Shown in pieces: positions 18,014 through 27,277 of a stretch of DNA of 64,000 bases. Under the pieces are notes generated by a model. That model did no database searches. It had not been told where the DNA came from and saw only the letters and a list, made by a program, of their open reading frames with translations. A program made the position numbers and the translations under genes. This DNA comes from Mycobacteriales bacterium (GTDB lineage Bacteria > Actinomycetota > Actinomycetes > Mycobacteriales > QHCE01): the NCBI GenBank assembly GCA_041743105.1, contig JBGTNI010000098.1, positions 1,848-65,847 on the forward strand. Direction: 5' to 3'. Within the stretch, counting starts at the first letter, position 1. Each line of letters opens with the position of its first letter.

Positions 18014-18841
18014 CTAGTTTCTGCGGGGGAGGATGAGTTGACCGCGGGCTTGGGCGACGTCGATCGTCACGTCGGGGCTAGTGGCCTGGATGGATCCCGT
18101 AATGGGCTGCCATGGGCCGCCGTTCACCGAGAACTGTCCGTTGAGCACGACGGTGACGCTGATGGTGGCCTTGCCGGTGTCGGTGAAGCGGTGCGTCACC
18201 GGGTACTGGTCCTCCACCTGATCCACCCGGTCGGTGAGGTCGGGATCGTAGGGTTTCCCCGGATTCTTGGTGGTGAGTGTCTTGCCGTCGCCGAAGTTCC
18301 ACCGATAGGACACTGGCGTGAATTTCAATCGCACATCGGCGGCCTGGATGTCGGTATCGCGTTCGTAGCCGGTGAAATCAGTCCACAGCACATTCGGAAA
18401 GTTCACCAGCGTGCGCTGATCTGGCGGATGCATCTTCGGAGCCGGGACTTTCACCTGCGTTTGGTAGAACTCCTGGATCGCCAGCGACCGCATGCCGTTA
18501 TCGGGTAGGCCGCACTGTAGATCCTCCGTGCCTACCTCGGGGCGGGCACGTTCTGTCTCGACCCGTATGTACTCCCACTCCCCGGCGCCGCACCGTTTGT
18601 GCACACAACCACCGTCCGGAGTGGGATCGCCGCAGCTGGCGTAGTACTCCACTATCGTGTCCGACGGCTTAGCATTCGACGGTCGTGGCGGGCCGGCCTT
18701 GGTGTCCTGACCACTCAAATCGAGGTTCGTGTTGACCCGGTTTCTATCGCCATGCGCAGATACGTTCGGATCCGGCTCAGCGGCAACGGCGACGGCGGAT
18801 ACCAAACCGAGCACGGTCACAGCTAGCGCAACCCGCTTCAT
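18014..18841 (-). CDS. secreted protein with C-terminal PKD-like domain
   Basis: Signal peptide MKRVALAVTVLGLVSAVAVAAEP. PKD-like YRWNFGDGKT ... HRFTDTGKATISVTV. ATG at 18841 overlaps the upstream stop (ATGA). Confidence 0.6.
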   Translation of the reverse strand: MKRVALAVTVLGLVSAVAVAAEPDPNVSAHGDRNRVNTNLDLSGQDTKAGPPRPSNAKPSDTIVEYYASCGDPTPDGGCVHKRCGAGEWEYIRVETERARPEVGTEDLQCGLPDNGMRSLAIQEFYQTQVKVPAPKMHPPDQRTLVNFPNVLWTDFTGYERDTDIQAADVRLKFTPVSYRWNFGDGKTLTTKNPGKPYDPDLTDRVDQVEDQYPVTHRFTDTGKATISVTVVLNGQFSVNGGPWQPITGSIQATSPDVTIDVAQARGQLILPRRN

Positions 18842-19479
18842 CTTCCAAGCTCCTTGACCTGGCTGGCGTAGATCCGCCACTCGCCGTTGTCGAATGACAG
18901 TTTTAGCTCTAGCACGCTCGGCGGGCTTGCCTCAATTTCCTGAACTAGGCGGCCGTCTGGTTCAAGCTGCCGGCCCGCGTCCCGCTTGATGCCTATCTCG
19001 ATCACTCCGAGGTACTGTCCATCGTCACTGGGGGTCACCACTTCCCCGGAAATCGATACCACTGTGTAAGCCCCGCCCTTCAGATAGCGGCCGTTCTCAC
19101 CGCCTTTTTCGATCTCGGCGATCAATCCGCGGCAGACCGCGCAGCGCTCCAGGTCATAGACCCGCTTCAACGGCTCCACGTCCCTGGTGCGCTGCGCGTA
19201 GTTGATCGCGTCGTTCTCGTACCGCACGGTGGCTTCAAGCCCCTTTTCTGTCGGTTCGAAGACCGCGTCGGGGAGCTTTGGTGGTTCCGCGGCGGGCCTG
19301 GTTGGGGTGGCGGGCTGCGACCACTCGGCCCTGTTGGGCACCTTGCTGTCACCATCATCGTCTCGACCGGCGAGCATCCACCAGAAAAACCACACCGAGA
19401 ACACAATGAGCACCACGGCCGTCACGATGAACACGGGATGATTCGGTTTATCCCACCAACCAGGCTTACGAAACCTCAT
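18838..19479 (-). CDS. N-terminally membrane-anchored protein (DUF6318-like)
   Basis: One TM (VFIVTAVVLIVFSVWFFWWML), a Pro-rich linker, then ATVRYENDAINYAQRTRDVEPLKRVYDLERCAVCRGL, which resembles the actinobacterial DUF6318 pattern (recalled from memory). Confidence 0.45.
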   Translation of the reverse strand: MRFRKPGWWDKPNHPVFIVTAVVLIVFSVWFFWWMLAGRDDDGDSKVPNRAEWSQPATPTRPAAEPPKLPDAVFEPTEKGLEATVRYENDAINYAQRTRDVEPLKRVYDLERCAVCRGLIAEIEKGGENGRYLKGGAYTVVSISGEVVTPSDDGQYLGVIEIGIKRDAGRQLEPDGRLVQEIEASPPSVLELKLSFDNGEWRIYASQVKELGR

Positions 19480-19586
19480 AGCCCATCAGCGTAGGCGAAA
19501 CCGACCTCACCATAGTGAAGAACAACCCGCCTGTGGAAAACGGCGGTGGCGTGGCTGAGACCAGCCGCGAGAATGCCGACCGACGA

Positions 19587-20354
19587 TTACTCGGAAGAAA
19601 CAATCTCGAGTAGTGACCGAAGAGTCTCCGGATCGGTCTTAAGCTGTCCAGCCTGGAAAAGTCGTGCAAGGAGTTCGGGAAAGTCTTTGTTGCGACGATA
19701 AGCTAAAGCTTCTTTCGCCTCCTCGATCCTTCCTGCCTCGATAAGGAAGACGCCGTGCCAGAACGGAAGATGTGGGGACTCGGGGAGCGCGGCTCGTGCT
19801 CGATTCCACAGCGCCAGGGCGGCCGACCGGTCTCCTTGCTCCTCTAATGTGCCAGCCTTATCGGCATCGCGGTAAGCGGTGGAAATATGCAGCAGTCGTG
19901 AGAGCTCGGTCAACGGGTTTGGGTGGTCATCGACACGCAGATCGATTGAAATGTGCTCCCACCATTCGCCCACATGAGGCCCCGCAACCTTGATGGCGGC
20001 AGACTGCTGTCCCCGAATATCGCCGCCGGCGTCCTGTGCGTTGTGCAGCGCCGCTATGAGTCGTTCGTGGAGCGGTTGGCCACGGGTTGTTTCCCATGAT
20101 TGCGCCATAGCCTCGACGACTTCAGAATCTCGCATTAAATTGCCGAGAACCACCGCTCCTTCCAACTCGACGTGACTCGCATATCGAACACACTGCCTTG
20201 GACCGTAAGAGACGTTGACAAGCGCCTGCGTCGCTACGACTCCCACGCCAGCGCGTATCCACGGAACCCACGATCCGACGGCGAAGTTGCATGTCTGCGC
20301 GGCAACCCCGAGGTCACCCGTCTCAGGACAGCGAGCAACGATCGAGTACGTCAT
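19587..20354 (-). CDS. DUF1028 (Ntn-hydrolase-like) protein with TPR-like C-terminal extension
   Basis: MTYSIVARCPETGDLGVAAQTCNFAVGSWVPWIRAGVGVVATQALVNVSYGP and GGDIRGQQSAAIKV blocks. ATG at 20354 places Thr2 as the N-terminal nucleophile. Confidence 0.65.
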   Translation of the reverse strand: MTYSIVARCPETGDLGVAAQTCNFAVGSWVPWIRAGVGVVATQALVNVSYGPRQCVRYASHVELEGAVVLGNLMRDSEVVEAMAQSWETTRGQPLHERLIAALHNAQDAGGDIRGQQSAAIKVAGPHVGEWWEHISIDLRVDDHPNPLTELSRLLHISTAYRDADKAGTLEEQGDRSAALALWNRARAALPESPHLPFWHGVFLIEAGRIEEAKEALAYRRNKDFPELLARLFQAGQLKTDPETLRSLLEIVSSE

Positions 20355-20627
20355 CGCGGCGGACCCTACCATGCGGCTGGTCGGAGGCTGCGCATCCAGA
20401 TTGCCGCGGAAAGTAGGGACGCTGGCTTCCGCGATGGGTGAGCGAAAACCTTGCCAAGCTCATCACGAATCGATCCCGCAGACGACCTCGCCGACACTTC
20501 ACAGTGACCATGTCGCCAATTGGCCGACGATCCCAACACTGACCCGGCGGCCGGCACGATCTTGGCCGCCGGCCGCCGGCCGCCGGCCGTCGCAGATGGG
20601 TTCCCTTCACGTAACGGCTATAGCCGG

Positions 20628-22070
20628 TCAGCCGCTAATGAGCAGGGGGATGGTCAGCGCGATGAGGACGGTGAGTCCCCACAGCGCTGGCGCCGAGCCC
20701 AGGGTCTGGTCGCGGCGCGCGGCGACGCGCTGCGCCTCGGCCTGGTTGCGGGTGATCCACCAGGGGTTGGTGCGGGCCTCCAGCCGGTAATAGACCACCC
20801 CGAGCGCCGCGCCGTAGGCGAGGTGGCCCACGAGGGAGGGAAAACCCGCCGCCACTCCGGCGGCGTCCCATTGCAGCGGGCCACCTGTAAGTATGGGCAG
20901 CAACGTCAGGTTGCCGAGCACCCACCATACGAAACCGTAGGACACACCCCAGCCGATGCCCGACGTCAGGTCGAAGCTGCGGCGACGGAACAGCACGGCG
21001 TAGGAGACGCCGATAATCTGGGCGATCGTCAAGTGCACGAGCAATCCCGTGGTGGGTGCCTGTGCCCCCACCAGACCTGCCACCGCGGGCAGCGCCTCCA
21101 CGAGCACCATCACCAAGGTGAACACCACGCCACCGGCCAGCCCGGCTAGGGCGCCGTAGCCAGTGGCACGAAGCCCCCGGGCACCCGGCGATTCTACGCG
21201 AAGCATCCGCACGTCGTCGACGAACAGCCACCGGCCCAGGCCACTAAGCCCGGTAAAAACCAGTGCGACACCGGCGCCGAGCAGCAAATACGCGGGCAGC
21301 CGGTCGACCGCTGTCACGGCCGCTTCCTGTGACCAGTCCAGTGCATCGCCGCGCAGCAGCGGCGGCAGCGTCAGCCCTGCCACGATCCACCACAGGAACC
21401 CGTACGCCGTGCCGCGAATCAGCGCCGGCCCGGCGCCTTCGCGGCGGGCGGCGAACAGCAGCGGGTAGCCCAGACCCGCGAGCGTCCCCTCTACGAAGAT
21501 CCAGCCGAGCGGGGCGTTGGCCATCACATCGAGGACCAAATACAGCAGTGCCGCGACCGTGACTCCCGCGACCACTCCGCACGCTGCCGTGGCGAGCCCA
21601 GGAAGCTGCGTTTCACCGGCGTCGCGATGGAAGGCGATGAAGACCATGGCGGTGGTGGCGCCGTAGAACAGGTGCCCGATCAGGCTCGGCAACAGCGCCT
21701 GAGCGCTGGGTAGATCCCACGTCACCGGTTCCCCGAGGAGTAGGGGCAGCAGGGTCTGGGGTCCCAGGAACCACCAGAATCCGCCGTATATCAGTCCCCA
21801 GAACAGGGTTTCACTGGCCTGTGCCCGCTGATGGGCGATGAGCAGCCCGAACCCCGCGCCGATGACGGCGGCGATTACCATGTGCACCGCGAACCCCACG
21901 GCTGGAGAGTCGGCGCGCACGATTGACGCCACGGTCGGTAGCGCGCCGAATGAGGCCATCGCGGCACCGAAGACCAGACCACCGGCGATTCCCGCAGCGA
22001 CTCCCAGAGCCGTGGCCCTCAGAGTCTCACCGCGCCGGATCGGTGCCGCCGCCGTTACTGTGGCCGTCAT
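20628..22070 (-). CDS. polytopic membrane protein built from three ~150-aa 4-TM repeats
   Basis: Repeated blocks GLIYGGFWWFLGPQTLLPLLLGEPVTWD..SLIGHLFYGA, GTAYGFLWWIVAGLTLPPLLRGDALDW and GVSYGFVWWVLGNLTLLPILTGGPLQWD..SLVGHLAYGA. ATG at 22070 overlaps the stop of the NDH-2 gene (ATGA). The ORF-track start at 22292 lies inside the upstream gene. Confidence 0.65.
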   Translation of the reverse strand: MTATVTAAAPIRRGETLRATALGVAAGIAGGLVFGAAMASFGALPTVASIVRADSPAVGFAVHMVIAAVIGAGFGLLIAHQRAQASETLFWGLIYGGFWWFLGPQTLLPLLLGEPVTWDLPSAQALLPSLIGHLFYGATTAMVFIAFHRDAGETQLPGLATAACGVVAGVTVAALLYLVLDVMANAPLGWIFVEGTLAGLGYPLLFAARREGAGPALIRGTAYGFLWWIVAGLTLPPLLRGDALDWSQEAAVTAVDRLPAYLLLGAGVALVFTGLSGLGRWLFVDDVRMLRVESPGARGLRATGYGALAGLAGGVVFTLVMVLVEALPAVAGLVGAQAPTTGLLVHLTIAQIIGVSYAVLFRRRSFDLTSGIGWGVSYGFVWWVLGNLTLLPILTGGPLQWDAAGVAAGFPSLVGHLAYGAALGVVYYRLEARTNPWWITRNQAEAQRVAARRDQTLGSAPALWGLTVLIALTIPLLISG

Positions 22071-24007
22071 CGCGGTTGCCCATCGCGAGTCTGCTCGGCA
22101 CGGGTCTGCCGCGCCCGTGTGGTGGAGACTGGCGTGGTCAAGACTGACAGGGTCGATTCGGTTGGCTGCTGTCGTGTCGTGACTACGATGTCGCGTGGGA
22201 AGGCCAGATCCAGCACCCAGTCCAGCAGCACCCGCAGCCGTTTCTCTACACCGGGTAGCTTCGCCAGATAGATCCCGCGCCACAGCAGCCACGCGGCCAC
22301 CCCGGAGAACCGGCGACCTCGAATCTCGGCGGCGGCGGTGCGGTGCCCGAGCGCGACCAGCAGACCGATGGTGCGGAAGCGGAACTCCGCCGGTGGGCGA
22401 CCGGCGATCACGGCAGCGATGTTCTCGGCCACCACCGTGCCCTGCCGTAGTGCGTGCTGGGCCGTCGGTGGGAAGGGGGCGCCGTCACGGGCGAGGTCGG
22501 GGATCTGGGCGCAGTCCCCGACGGCCCAGACCCGATCGAGCCCGGTTACCCGCAGGGTCGGGTCGGTTATGGGCGCTCCGTTGCGGGCATGCTCGCCGCC
22601 CAGCTTCGCGACCAACGCGCTGGGCCGATTACCCGCGGTCCACACGAAGGTGCGAGTTGGGACCCGGTCGCCGTCGGTGAGTAGCACGTCTGTTGCCGTC
22701 GCCTCCGCTACCCGAACATCGAGCCGGAACTCGATTCCGCGTGAGCGCAGACGGTCCAGCGCGTAGGCGCCCAGTTCGGCGGAGAGTTCGGGGAGAATCC
22801 GGTCCCGCGAATGGACCAACACGAACCGCGGCTCATCCGGTGCGATCCCCGGAAAGTAGTGCAGTACCCGGTGTACGAGGTCGAACAACTCCGCGATCGT
22901 CTCGGCTCCCGCGAAACCGCCGCCCGCGACCACGAAGGTGAGTAGGTTTCCCCGTTGTTCTGGATCCGTTTCGGTGTGGTCGGCCTGCTCCAGTAGTCCG
23001 ATCACGTGGTTTCGCAGTAGCGTCGCGTCGTCCAGGTCTTTGAGCGTGAGGGCGTGCTCGGCGACGCCGGGTAGATCTAGGAAATGAGGGACGGAACCGA
23101 CGGCGAGAACGAGGTGGTCGTAGCCAATTCGCTCCACCTCAGATGTCGCCGCAGTCCCGGTCGACAAGCGGACGGTCCGGTCGTCGGTGTCGATGTCTGC
23201 CACAGCGCCGTACAGGAACCGGGTGTGCGGTACCGCAGCCCGAATCGGTGCGCTGATGTGTGCGGGCTCCAGCGCACTGGAGGCAACCTCGGCCAGCATC
23301 GGAGTGAACAACAGGAAGTTCGAGTCGCCGATCAGCGTCACGTCGATGGGTGCCCCGCTTAGCGCGAGCCGCTCGAACCGCCGTGCCGCGCTCAGTCCGG
23401 CGAAACCGCCGCCGACAATGAGCACCCGGGTCGGCGGCTCCGCTTCGGCTGGTGCTGACGCGGACCGCGGCCCTTTAGATCCCGGTCTTCTCGCGTGCAG
23501 CGCCAGTAGTCCGTGCACCGCCGCTCCGGTCAGTGCACCGTGGAGTACGTCGGCTACCAGCACCCCGTAGGCGGCGGCCGCCGCTGGGGCCGACCAGGTC
23601 GGCGTCTGCCCGTGTAACACCGGGTCCAGCGTGAGTGAGAAGACCAACCAGCCGAGCAGGCTAATCAGCACGCCGCCGGATGCCGCCACGGCCAGACCCC
23701 GAGGCCGATAGGCCACGCCCAGACCGATCGCCACCCCGACCGCTGTGGCGTAGCCGATGAAGACGCCCCACTGCGGGACGACACCGAGACTCCGATCGTC
23801 GAGCATCCCCTGGTATCCCATGAGTGCGGCGACCGGTAGCGCGGTCACTAGCCCGGTGGTTGCGCCCCAACCGGCTAGTTCCGATGGTCTGAATCGTCTA
23901 GGCTGTCGCCGCTGTGAACCGAGCTCGTTGTGGCTGGCCACGGGTCTCCGTCCTGACGGGAAGTGATCAGACGACGCTATCACCTGGACGGGTAGTGTCG
24001 CCTGCAT
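22067..24007 (-). CDS. type II NADH dehydrogenase-like FAD oxidoreductase with N-terminal 4-TM domain
   Basis: RVLIVGGGFAGLSAARRF and FVVAGGGFAGAETIAEL dinucleotide folds, plus VWAVGDCA. The N-terminal ~170 aa carry a fourth copy of the membrane module (LLGWLVFSLTLDPVLHGQTPTW). The start is uncertain because the ATG at 24007 abuts the divergent rpiB-like start. Confidence 0.8.
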   Translation of the reverse strand: MQATLPVQVIASSDHFPSGRRPVASHNELGSQRRQPRRFRPSELAGWGATTGLVTALPVAALMGYQGMLDDRSLGVVPQWGVFIGYATAVGVAIGLGVAYRPRGLAVAASGGVLISLLGWLVFSLTLDPVLHGQTPTWSAPAAAAAYGVLVADVLHGALTGAAVHGLLALHARRPGSKGPRSASAPAEAEPPTRVLIVGGGFAGLSAARRFERLALSGAPIDVTLIGDSNFLLFTPMLAEVASSALEPAHISAPIRAAVPHTRFLYGAVADIDTDDRTVRLSTGTAATSEVERIGYDHLVLAVGSVPHFLDLPGVAEHALTLKDLDDATLLRNHVIGLLEQADHTETDPEQRGNLLTFVVAGGGFAGAETIAELFDLVHRVLHYFPGIAPDEPRFVLVHSRDRILPELSAELGAYALDRLRSRGIEFRLDVRVAEATATDVLLTDGDRVPTRTFVWTAGNRPSALVAKLGGEHARNGAPITDPTLRVTGLDRVWAVGDCAQIPDLARDGAPFPPTAQHALRQGTVVAENIAAVIAGRPPAEFRFRTIGLLVALGHRTAAAEIRGRRFSGVAAWLLWRGIYLAKLPGVEKRLRVLLDWVLDLAFPRDIVVTTRQQPTESTLSVLTTPVSTTRARQTRAEQTRDGQPR

Positions 24008-24449
24008 GATGTACGTGGCTGCCGATCACTTCGGCGTCTGCGTTGCCGATGCGGTTATCGACTACTGTGCGCAGCGCTCGCTCGACACTGAGAACCTCGG
24101 CTCGCGCGCGAATGACCAGATGGTCACCCTCCAAGAACTGGTTCCCCGTTTGGTCGAGGCCGTGCGAACCGATCCCGATAGCACCGGGGTGCTCATCTGT
24201 GGCACCGGCGTGGGTGTCGAGATCGGCGCAAACCGCTTCCTCGGCATCCGCGCTTCGTTGTGCTCGAACCCAGAACTCGCCGGGTGGGCTCGTCAGTATG
24301 ACAAGGCCAACGTGCTGTGCCTATCGGGTTGGCAAACTTCGACCGATACCGTGTCGTCGATCATGGAAGCGTGGCTGTCTACCGAATTCGACGGCGACGA
24401 GGCCCGGACCCAGATGCTCTCCGTCTTCGACTCTTGGGCCGGTCGCTGA
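24006..24449 (+). CDS. RpiB/LacA/LacB-family sugar-phosphate isomerase
   Basis: YVAADHFG, VLICGTGVGVEIGANRFLGIRA and NVLCLSG blocks resemble E. coli-type RpiB. Confidence 0.7.
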   Translation: MMYVAADHFGVCVADAVIDYCAQRSLDTENLGSRANDQMVTLQELVPRLVEAVRTDPDSTGVLICGTGVGVEIGANRFLGIRASLCSNPELAGWARQYDKANVLCLSGWQTSTDTVSSIMEAWLSTEFDGDEARTQMLSVFDSWAGR

Positions 24450-24516
24450 TCGTCCGGTTCGTTCAGAGCGGCACGGCAGTTATGGCACGTTGGCCAACCG
24501 ATCGCGGCGACCCTAA

Positions 24517-25191
24517 TTACCTAGGTGGGGTGCTAGACGATGTTGGGGCGCCGGGAGCACCTCCAACATACGGCGCTTGATGCGGACTTGCTCCAGGCTT
24601 GGGGAACGTCATCGAACTAGGGCCACGTCTTTTACTTACCGAGCTATCCGAGCCCCTGACGGTCACCGACGCAAGGACACTGCCGGTCGGGTTGGCCAGA
24701 GTTATTGTTCCGCAGCTTTCTTTTGGTACGTCCCTATCACCTTCGGACATAGAATCACCGCCGAGGGTTCTTGCGGGATCTAGCGGGTCGGCGCTAATCG
24801 CGGCTGGCTGGCCTTCGATGCTGGCGCCGATTCTCCGACGAGGATCGCCCGCTGTTTGGGCTACGCAGAGCTGGACTTTTGCTTGATTTCCCGGAAGGAA
24901 ATGGACCTCACCTTTGGCATACCCCACCGGTGTTCCTTCGGTGACGCCGTCGCCGCGGTCTTCCCTGCCGTCGCTGAGTATAGGCAGTGCGAATGTGTAA
25001 CCGTCAGATGTTGCGCTGTAGCTAGCTTCGGCAGGTTGTATCCCCGGGGGTGCTTTAAGGCTGTGTGCGACTGTTGGCCCGAGCAATACTCCTAGAGTCG
25101 GGAAGCCGACAACGGCGACGCCAGCCACGAACCTTCCGAATCCACCGCCGCGGCGCTGCCTAGCTTGTCTCCTGCCGCTGCTGCGCGCCAT
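24517..25191 (-). CDS. hypothetical membrane-anchored/secreted protein
   Basis: Arg-rich N-terminus followed by a hydrophobic segment (FVAGVAVVGFPTLGVLLGP). No recognisable domain. It is the only long ORF in this interval. Confidence 0.4.
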   Translation of the reverse strand: MARSSGRRQARQRRGGGFGRFVAGVAVVGFPTLGVLLGPTVAHSLKAPPGIQPAEASYSATSDGYTFALPILSDGREDRGDGVTEGTPVGYAKGEVHFLPGNQAKVQLCVAQTAGDPRRRIGASIEGQPAAISADPLDPARTLGGDSMSEGDRDVPKESCGTITLANPTGSVLASVTVRGSDSSVSKRRGPSSMTFPKPGASPHQAPYVGGAPGAPTSSSTPPR

Positions 25192-25296
25192 CTGCTCTCC
25201 ATCGCCTGCGTACTCGCTACTAACGCTGCTCCATCAGGCTACCTTCTTCCATGAGCCCATTGGGATGAACCGTGGAATCCTGGCAGACTGGGCCGG

Positions 25297-26016
25297 GTGT
25301 GCGGTCGCTTTGTGGTTGCCCGCGAGCCCGAAGCGCTTGCTGCGGCGCTGGGTGCGGCGATCCCCGACGGTGTGACGTTGCCGCAGCGGTCGTGGAACGT
25401 GGCGCCCACTGACACGGTGTCCATCGTGGTCGCGCGACCGATCGAAAATGAGCTCCGCAGACAGCTGCACCCGGCCCGATGGGGGCTGATCCCGCCATGG
25501 GCCTCCGACGCCACCGGTGCCGCGCGTTTGGTGAACGCCAGGATCGAAACCGTGGCCGACAAGCCGTCGTTCGCAGGAGCGGTGCGGTCCCGACGTTGCC
25601 TGGTGCTCGCCGATGGGTACTACGAATGGCAGCGGCGGACCGATGGCAAGCAGCCGTTCTATATTCACGCCGCCGGAGGGGAACCGATCTATTTCGCCGG
25701 TATCTACAGCTGGTGGGCCGATCCACGTGTTGAAGGTGACGACCCCCGGCGTTGGGTGCTCACCGCCTCGATCCTCACCTGCCCGTCGGCGGGCGAGGCG
25801 GCGCAGCTCCACGACCGGATGCCGGTAGCCCTCACGCCCGATGCGTGCGAGGAATGGCTACGAGCTACACCGGCCGACGTGCCCGAACTGCTGGCATACC
25901 TTCCCGGAGTAGCCCGGCAGGTCGCCGCGACATGGATCAGTCGGGCCGTTACCGCCGCGGTAGGTTCGGTGCGCAACAACGGCCCGCAGCTTATTGAGGA
26001 GATACCGCGCACCTAA
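25297..26016 (+). CDS. SOS-response-associated peptidase (SRAP/YedK/HMCES family)
   Basis: Starts MCGRF (catalytic Cys2). Also has WGLIPPWA, NARIETV and DGYYEW blocks. Confidence 0.9.
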   Translation: MCGRFVVAREPEALAAALGAAIPDGVTLPQRSWNVAPTDTVSIVVARPIENELRRQLHPARWGLIPPWASDATGAARLVNARIETVADKPSFAGAVRSRRCLVLADGYYEWQRRTDGKQPFYIHAAGGEPIYFAGIYSWWADPRVEGDDPRRWVLTASILTCPSAGEAAQLHDRMPVALTPDACEEWLRATPADVPELLAYLPGVARQVAATWISRAVTAAVGSVRNNGPQLIEEIPRT

Positions 26017-26585
26017 CCAGACTGTGCTGCCCTGTTGTACCGGGCGGCGAAGACTTCTCGAATGCTCGGTGCGTCCTTAGGCCTATGCAGCACCGTGATG
26101 CCGTCGCCGGCGGCGATCTGGCCCGACGTATCCACTCTTAGGTAGGCGCCGACATCGCCACGTTCGGTGAAGCGCCGCACCCACTGGGGTTCATCCATGT
26201 GGCGAGCGAAGGTGACGCACGGCGTTCGCGGTTTAGTCACCGTGACTTCCACTGTGTTGCCGATTCGCCACTGCTCGCCCACTAGCGCATCGGTCACAGC
26301 CAGACCAGCGGTCGTGAGGTTCTCGCCGAAGAAGCCCGGTGATATCTCACGCCGCAACTCCCGCGCCCAGCGATCAGCCTCCTCGCGGGCATAGACGTAG
26401 AGCGCTTGGTCTGGCCCACCGTGATGGTCGGCGTCGCATTGCGTATCGCCGACCAGCCCTAACGGCTCCACCCACACCGGCCCGTCGACCGGGCGCTTGT
26501 CGATCGCGGTGCGTCCGATGCGTTTCGGGCTCGGCTTTATGGCATGCACCACGCATACCGCGACCAGTTGTGCGTTCACGATCAC
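26013..26585 (-). CDS. MOSC domain protein (YiiM-like)
   Basis: GLVGDTQCDADHHGGPDQALYVYA, FFGENLTTAGL and RTPCVTFA motifs. Confidence 0.8.
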   Translation of the reverse strand: MIVNAQLVAVCVVHAIKPSPKRIGRTAIDKRPVDGPVWVEPLGLVGDTQCDADHHGGPDQALYVYAREEADRWARELRREISPGFFGENLTTAGLAVTDALVGEQWRIGNTVEVTVTKPRTPCVTFARHMDEPQWVRRFTERGDVGAYLRVDTSGQIAAGDGITVLHRPKDAPSIREVFAARYNRAAQSG

Positions 26586-26618
26586 GAGTATGCCATATAC
26601 GTATGGTAAATTGGGGAT

Positions 26619-26858
26619 ATGATGAAAACAACGTTATATCTACCGGATGAACTCAAGAGTCGCTTGAAATACCGCGCACTGCGGACCCGGCGCTCCGAGG
26701 CCGACATCATCCGCGAGGCGCTGGCCAAAGATCTCGCCGAAGATGCGCCGCGTCCCCGCCCGTCATGGGGTATCGGCCGCAGTGGCGATCCCACTATCGG
26801 GGACCGGATCGACGAAATACTCGCAGAAGAGTTCGGCGCCGAAGCAATCGACAGATGA
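26619..26858 (+). CDS. ribbon-helix-helix (CopG-type) antitoxin, VapB-like
   Basis: KTTLYLPDELKSRLKYRALRTRRSEADIIREALAKDL. The stop overlaps the PIN gene start (ATGA). Confidence 0.8.
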   Translation: MMKTTLYLPDELKSRLKYRALRTRRSEADIIREALAKDLAEDAPRPRPSWGIGRSGDPTIGDRIDEILAEEFGAEAIDR

Positions 26859-27277
26859 TCGTCTGCGATACCAGCGGACTTTTCGACGCGTACGACAAGG
26901 ATCAGCGACGTCATTCCATTGTGATGGATGCCCTAAACGCTGAGCGTGGGCCGTTTATTCTTTCGCCGTTTATTCTCGCTGAACTGGACCACTTCGTGCT
27001 GACCAGGCTTGGCATCGACATCGAAGACAAGCTGCTGGGCGACGTCGCCCAAGGCGCCTATGAGCTGTGCGGCATGGCTACTTCAGATATTGCGCAGGCT
27101 CGGCAGCTCACCCGACGCTACGCCGATCTCAAGATCGGACTGGCCGATGCATCGATCGTGGTTCTCGCGGCCCGTTATGAGACCACTCGAATTCTCACCT
27201 TCGACGAGCGACACTTCCGTGCCGTGAAGCCGCTGTGGGGCTCATCCTTCGAGTTGCTGCCTGGCGACATTGCTTGA
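26855..27277 (+). CDS. vapC: PIN-domain toxin VapC
   Basis: MIVCDTSGLF (Asp5), AELDHF, LADASIV and FDERHF acidic residues in PIN spacing. Confidence 0.85.
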   Translation: MIVCDTSGLFDAYDKDQRRHSIVMDALNAERGPFILSPFILAELDHFVLTRLGIDIEDKLLGDVAQGAYELCGMATSDIAQARQLTRRYADLKIGLADASIVVLAARYETTRILTFDERHFRAVKPLWGSSFELLPGDIA

